Shown: positions 59,324 through 64,000 of the stretch, in pieces
Position numbering within the stretch: the first letter of the stretch is position 1
How the letters are laid out: each line of letters begins with the position of its first letter
NCBI GenBank assembly: GCA_040285825.1
Contig: JAUPSS010000013.1
Coordinates: 481,218-545,217, forward strand
DNA: 64,000 nucleotides
From: Eukaryota sp. TZLM1-RC
Taxonomy: Eukaryota; Protista; Metamonada: BaSk clade
Reading direction: 5' to 3'
Position numbers and translations under genes: made by a program
The notes under the pieces: generated by a model
Database searches by the model: none
Told to the model about the DNA's origin: nothing
Seen by the model: the letters and a program-made list of their open reading frames with translations, nothing else

Positions 59324-62300
59324 ATGCGTCAAAATCAAGATAGTTTGCCTGGTGATAGCGCTAGCATTTCGTGTTCTGGAAAGGAGAGTCGTGATCTAGG
59401 TCGTCCAAACCCTCCTCTCAATCACGAGCTTGAAGCCCCGGTTGCATTTCAACCAGTGGGAAGCCAAAATAGCTGCTCACAGGATGCTTCCGATGTTTTC
59501 CATGACTCTATCCCAACTACCACGATACTCTCCTCCACTATTGATGAAGAATTACGATCTCCCTCTCATTGCTCTGTTGATCACTGTCTACCTTCAGACT
59601 TACCATGCAGTTCTCCGCAATCCACCTTTCCTCCCCATTCTTCCGATCCACAATCCGATCTAAAACCCGACTCAAATGCACATAATCGATGTCCTCTACA
59701 TCATGCCTCCTCGGATCCTTCATTAGAAGACCCCTATGCAAGTGACCAAGAATTAGCACACTTCCCCGATCGATCGGACAAATTGGTTGGGGTTAAGTCC
59801 ATTTCCTGTGGTAGATTTCACTCACTTTTGTTTACCCATTCTGGTGAGGTTTATTTTTGGGGAAGTTCAAGAAGCAATGGACGTGAATATGATTACTTTG
59901 ACGACACACTAACCTTGTCATCTTTTAGTAATTTCATTCCCACCCTCTTGCCCTTTAAGGAGTTTGACTCTTTGGTATCATTATTGGATTCGTTGTTTGT
60001 TTGGTATTTTTATTTGAAAGGACCTGAATTTATGAAATACTTTGATCTCTGGAACATTCCTTATAAGTTAAAGGAATTTTATTTCCCAACTTGTAACTGC
60101 AGGAATTTTCCATTTAGTTTTTTTGCTCTGACCGAAGGAGGGAAAGTTATTCATTTTGATGGAGATACTCATATCATAATCGAAGGACTCAACAAAATTG
60201 TCTTTATGAGTGTGTGTTGTCGTTCTTTTGTAGCAGTTGATGTTAATGGTGTTTTCTTTTTTCACAACACAGAATGTGTGGATTACCATTCAGATGGTTT
60301 TTGCCTTGATACTGCTTCCATAACCACCAAGATAGATGTCAGCAAGTACATTACTCCCAGGAAACCATTTCGAAATTCTTTTTTCTTTTCTGAGGATTGG
60401 TTATTCATTATTGACGTCAATGGTGATGTATGGAAGTTCAATAATGTACGAGCTTTTGATCATGTAGATGAAATTCCATTCAGCAATAAACCCATCAAAG
60501 GTCCAGGCTTAAATAATATTGTTTATATAAGTGGTAGTACATGTTGGTGTTGTAGCGATTTAGCATTACGATACAATGATGGAATTTACGCCGCCATTAA
60601 TAACAATGGTAAAGTTTTTGTTTGGGGCAAGCTCAGCAGATTAAGTTGTTTATATAATGATATTGAGCAACCAATTTGTGTCGAAGCTTTCACCAATATA
60701 GAAGGTGTTTCCTTAGGTCACGACTTCCTTTTTGCCTACAACAAAAACACTGTTTTGGCCTGGGGAAAAAACGATGAAGGTCAATTAGGTACAGGTGATT
60801 TGATTGATCGACCACAACCTGCCAAATTATCATTTGGTTCAGAAATACTTGGAATTTTTCTTGATCCAATACAAACCATGGATAGCATATTTAGTGGTCT
60901 AATCAGATTAATTTACTTTGAATATTTACAATATTTGAAAAAATTGTTTGGTAACCATCCATATACAAAAGCCAGATTCTATACCAAATGTTCAGTGAGT
61001 AAGAAGGTGGCTAAATTTTCTAAAGAAGTGATCAATGGTTTTGAATTTTTGAAAAATCCACAACATTTAAATCTCAATGATTATGTTTGGGATTTACAAT
61101 TGCAATTATCTTTTGCTTTCAATGGTCCCAGTGTTATTAATAGTCGAATTAAACATCTTGATTTTTACTATGATACAGATGTATTTGATCCACAGTTCTT
61201 GTCATTTTTCCCAACTGTTGAGGTTGTTAAGCTTGGTGCAATGTCAGGGTATTATAGAAGGCTATCCTTAAACTTGACACATTTATCAAATCTCAAGTTT
61301 CTGGAGCTTAATTGCTCATTCATTATAGAACAATTACCCCCTTCACTAGTGAAGTTGGTGCTTAAAGGTGATTTTGAGGTTACTGATTTAAGCAATCTTA
61401 CAGCATTGAAAGAGCTGGTCTTATTTGATGGTTCTTCTTCAGAAAGAATATTAGAAGCACAAATTCCTTTGCCTCTTTCCATTACTATATTGGAAGTTTG
61501 GTTGAGAAATCCTGTCAATATTGAAATTGAATTACCAAGCATTAAGGAATTGATAATTCATGAAGCAATTGATACCAATATCACTGAACAAAGTTTTCCC
61601 TCTTTGGAGTTTATTCAATTACTGGGACCGGAGAGAAATCTGTCGATATCATCCCTATCTCCAACAAAACTTTATAATCAAGGTGTTATTAAAGCAACTA
61701 AATTAATCAAAAATGAATATTTAGTTGAATTATCTTGTTTTCCTTGGTGTTTTAAATATCCCTATTATCGCCTTTTTGCTCTCACCCGTGCTCTGGAGAG
61801 CGATTCCACTCTGACTACATTGGATCTTCAGTATAACAACATTACCTCTGAAGGCGCTAGTGCTCTCGGCCGTGCTCTGGAGAGGAATTCCACTTTGACT
61901 ACATTGGATCTTAGGTCCAAGAACATTACAGATGAAGGCGCTAGTGCTCTCGCCCGTGCTCTGGAGACGAATTCCACTCTGACTACATTGGATCTTAGGT
62001 CCAACAACATTACCGATGAAGGCGCTAGTGCTCTCGCCCGTGCTCTGGAGACGAATTCCACTCTGACTACATTGGATCTTCACAACAACCAAATCACCGA
62101 TGAAGGTGCTGGTGCTCTCGCCCGTGCTCTGGAGAGCAATTCCACTCTGACTAAATTGGATCTTTGGGGCAACAACATTACCGCTGAAGGCGCTATTGCC
62201 CTCGCCCATGCTCTGGAGAGCAATTCCACTCTGACTAAATTGGATCTTTGGGGCAACAACATTACCAATAAAGGCGCTAGTGCTCTCGCCCGTGCATTGG

Positions 62301-63928
62301 AGAGCAATTGCACTCTGACTACATTGTATCTTCAGAAAGACAACATTACCGATGAAGGCGCTAGTGCTCTCGCCCGTGCATTGGAGAGCAATTGCACTCT
62401 GACTACATTGTATCTTCAGGAAGACAACATTACCGATGAAGGCGCTAGTGCTCTCGCCCGTGCTCTGGAGAGCAATTGCACTCTGACTAAGTTGACTCTG
62501 CAGACCAACAACATTACCGATGAAGGCGCTAGTGCTCTCGCCCGTGCTCTGGAGAGCAATTGCACTCTGACTAAGTTGAATCTTCAGTCCAACAACATTA
62601 CCGCTGAAGGCGCTAGTGATCTCGCCCGTGCTCTGGAGAGCAATTCCACTCTGACTACATTGGATCTTAAGTACAACAAAATTACCGCTGAAGGCGCTAG
62701 TGATCTCGCCCGTGCTCTGGAGAGCAATTCCACTCTGACTACATTGGATCTTAAGTACAACAAAATTACCGCTGAAGGCGCTAGTGATCTCGCCCGTGCT
62801 CTGGAGAGCAATTCCACTCTGACTACATTGGATCTTAAGTACAACAAAATTACCGCTGAAGGCGCTAGTGATCTCGCCCGTGCTCTGGAGAGCAATTCCA
62901 CTCTGACTACATTGGATCTTGGGGTCAACAACATTACCTCTAAAGGCGCTAGTGATCTCGCCCGTGCATTGGAGAGCAATTCCTCTCTGACTACATTGAA
63001 TCTTGGGGTCAACAACATTACCTTTAAAGGCGCTAGTGATCTCGCCCGTGCATTGGAGAGCAATTCCTCTCTGACTACATTGGATCTTGGGGGCAACAAC
63101 ATTACCTTTAAAGGCGCTAGTGATCTCGCCCGTGCATTGGAGAGCAATTCCTCTCTGACTACATTGAATCTTGGGGTCAACAACATTACCTCTAAAGGCG
63201 CTAGTGATCTCGCCCGTGCTCTGGAGAGCAATTCCACTCTGACTAAATTAGATCTTCAGAAGAACAACATTACCTCTGAAGGCGCTAGTGCTCTCGCCCG
63301 TGCTCTGGAGAGCAATTCCACTCTGACTACATTGCATCTTGGGAACAACAACATTACCGCTGAAGGCGCTATTGCCCTCGCCCATGCTCTGGAGAGCAAT
63401 TCCACTCTGACTAAATTGGATCTTTGGGGCAACAACATTACCAATAAAGGCGCTAGTGCTCTCGCCCGTGCATTGGAGAGCAATTTCACTCTGACTACAT
63501 TGTATCTTCAGGAAGACAACATTACCGATGAAGGCGCTAGTGCTCTCGCCCGTGCATTGGAGAGCAATTCCTCTCTGACTGCATTGTATCTTGAGTGCAA
63601 CAACATTACCGATGAAGGCGCTATTGCTCTCGCCCGTGCTCTGGAGAGCAATTGCACTCTGACTAAGTTGAATCTTGGGGAAATCAACATTACCGATGAA
63701 GGCGCTAGTGCTCTCGCCCGTGCTCTGGAGAGCAATTCCACTCTGACTAAGTTGAATCTTCAGTCCAACAACATTACCGATGAAGGCGCCAGTGCTCTCG
63801 CCCGTGCTCTGGAGAGCAATTCCACTCTGACTAAGTTGAATCTTAAGTACAACAACATTAGCAATTCAACCAAATCCAAACTTCGACAAATAGAACCTAA
63901 TCGTGCTTCTCTTCAAATTTTCCTTTAA
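59324..63928 (+). CDS. RCC1-like propeller, degenerate LRRs, and 25 high-identity RI/NLRC3-like LRRs
   Basis: Ser/Pro-rich N-terminus; SISCGRFHSLL..GEVYFWG and AWGKNDEGQLGTGD; LPPSLVKLVL-type repeats; 84-bp array at ~61777-63860; cap NNISNSTKSKLRQI. Confidence 0.9.
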   Translation: MRQNQDSLPGDSASISCSGKESRDLGRPNPPLNHELEAPVAFQPVGSQNSCSQDASDVFHDSIPTTTILSSTIDEELRSPSHCSVDHCLPSDLPCSSPQSTFPPHSSDPQSDLKPDSNAHNRCPLHHASSDPSLEDPYASDQELAHFPDRSDKLVGVKSISCGRFHSLLFTHSGEVYFWGSSRSNGREYDYFDDTLTLSSFSNFIPTLLPFKEFDSLVSLLDSLFVWYFYLKGPEFMKYFDLWNIPYKLKEFYFPTCNCRNFPFSFFALTEGGKVIHFDGDTHIIIEGLNKIVFMSVCCRSFVAVDVNGVFFFHNTECVDYHSDGFCLDTASITTKIDVSKYITPRKPFRNSFFFSEDWLFIIDVNGDVWKFNNVRAFDHVDEIPFSNKPIKGPGLNNIVYISGSTCWCCSDLALRYNDGIYAAINNNGKVFVWGKLSRLSCLYNDIEQPICVEAFTNIEGVSLGHDFLFAYNKNTVLAWGKNDEGQLGTGDLIDRPQPAKLSFGSEILGIFLDPIQTMDSIFSGLIRLIYFEYLQYLKKLFGNHPYTKARFYTKCSVSKKVAKFSKEVINGFEFLKNPQHLNLNDYVWDLQLQLSFAFNGPSVINSRIKHLDFYYDTDVFDPQFLSFFPTVEVVKLGAMSGYYRRLSLNLTHLSNLKFLELNCSFIIEQLPPSLVKLVLKGDFEVTDLSNLTALKELVLFDGSSSERILEAQIPLPLSITILEVWLRNPVNIEIELPSIKELIIHEAIDTNITEQSFPSLEFIQLLGPERNLSISSLSPTKLYNQGVIKATKLIKNEYLVELSCFPWCFKYPYYRLFALTRALESDSTLTTLDLQYNNITSEGASALGRALERNSTLTTLDLRSKNITDEGASALARALETNSTLTTLDLRSNNITDEGASALARALETNSTLTTLDLHNNQITDEGAGALARALESNSTLTKLDLWGNNITAEGAIALAHALESNSTLTKLDLWGNNITNKGASALARALESNCTLTTLYLQKDNITDEGASALARALESNCTLTTLYLQEDNITDEGASALARALESNCTLTKLTLQTNNITDEGASALARALESNCTLTKLNLQSNNITAEGASDLARALESNSTLTTLDLKYNKITAEGASDLARALESNSTLTTLDLKYNKITAEGASDLARALESNSTLTTLDLKYNKITAEGASDLARALESNSTLTTLDLGVNNITSKGASDLARALESNSSLTTLNLGVNNITFKGASDLARALESNSSLTTLDLGGNNITFKGASDLARALESNSSLTTLNLGVNNITSKGASDLARALESNSTLTKLDLQKNNITSEGASALARALESNSTLTTLHLGNNNITAEGAIALAHALESNSTLTKLDLWGNNITNKGASALARALESNFTLTTLYLQEDNITDEGASALARALESNSSLTALYLECNNITDEGAIALARALESNCTLTKLNLGEINITDEGASALARALESNSTLTKLNLQSNNITDEGASALARALESNSTLTKLNLKYNNISNSTKSKLRQIEPNRASLQIFL
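61777..63860 (+). repeat. In-frame 84-bp LRR array, 25 units
   Basis: Same DNA backbone as 44760-46387 (gaaggcgctagtgctctcgcccgtgctctggagagcaattccactctgact). Confidence 0.97.
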
Positions 63929-64000
63929 TAAACACATTTCAATCACTTTTATTGTCAACACAAAACCAATTACAAAAATCGTCAACACCACACAAATCAA

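Overview
AT-rich, apparently intron-poor eukaryotic (protist-like) DNA using the standard genetic code. Single-exon housekeeping genes (DESI1/PPPDE, VTA1, dynamitin, a PAP2 phosphatase, TFIIF-beta, a long coiled-coil gene) sit among dense mobile-element debris. At least three families of CRE-like non-LTR retrotransposons (RT plus restriction-like endonuclease; called A, B, C here) are present. A and B are nested inside each other in both directions with clear target-site duplications. There are also two TIR/TSD-bounded Mutator elements, a Ty3/Gypsy integrase relic, MITE-like elements and many orphan gene fragments, some virus-like or prokaryote-like. The main candidates for new biology are: (1) an 84-bp LRR repeat system with a near-invariant DNA backbone and variation concentrated at the predicted ligand-binding positions, found as a 25-unit array fused to an RCC1-like gene and as a separate stop-containing orphan cassette; (2) two divergent eukaryotic copies of a protein resembling the bacterial TIGR04141/DUF6119 family, sharing a ~95% identical core; (3) foreign DNA fused to retroelement ends; (4) a 186-bp-arm hairpin made from a gene's 3' end. 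All family assignments come from motif recognition by eye; no searches were run.
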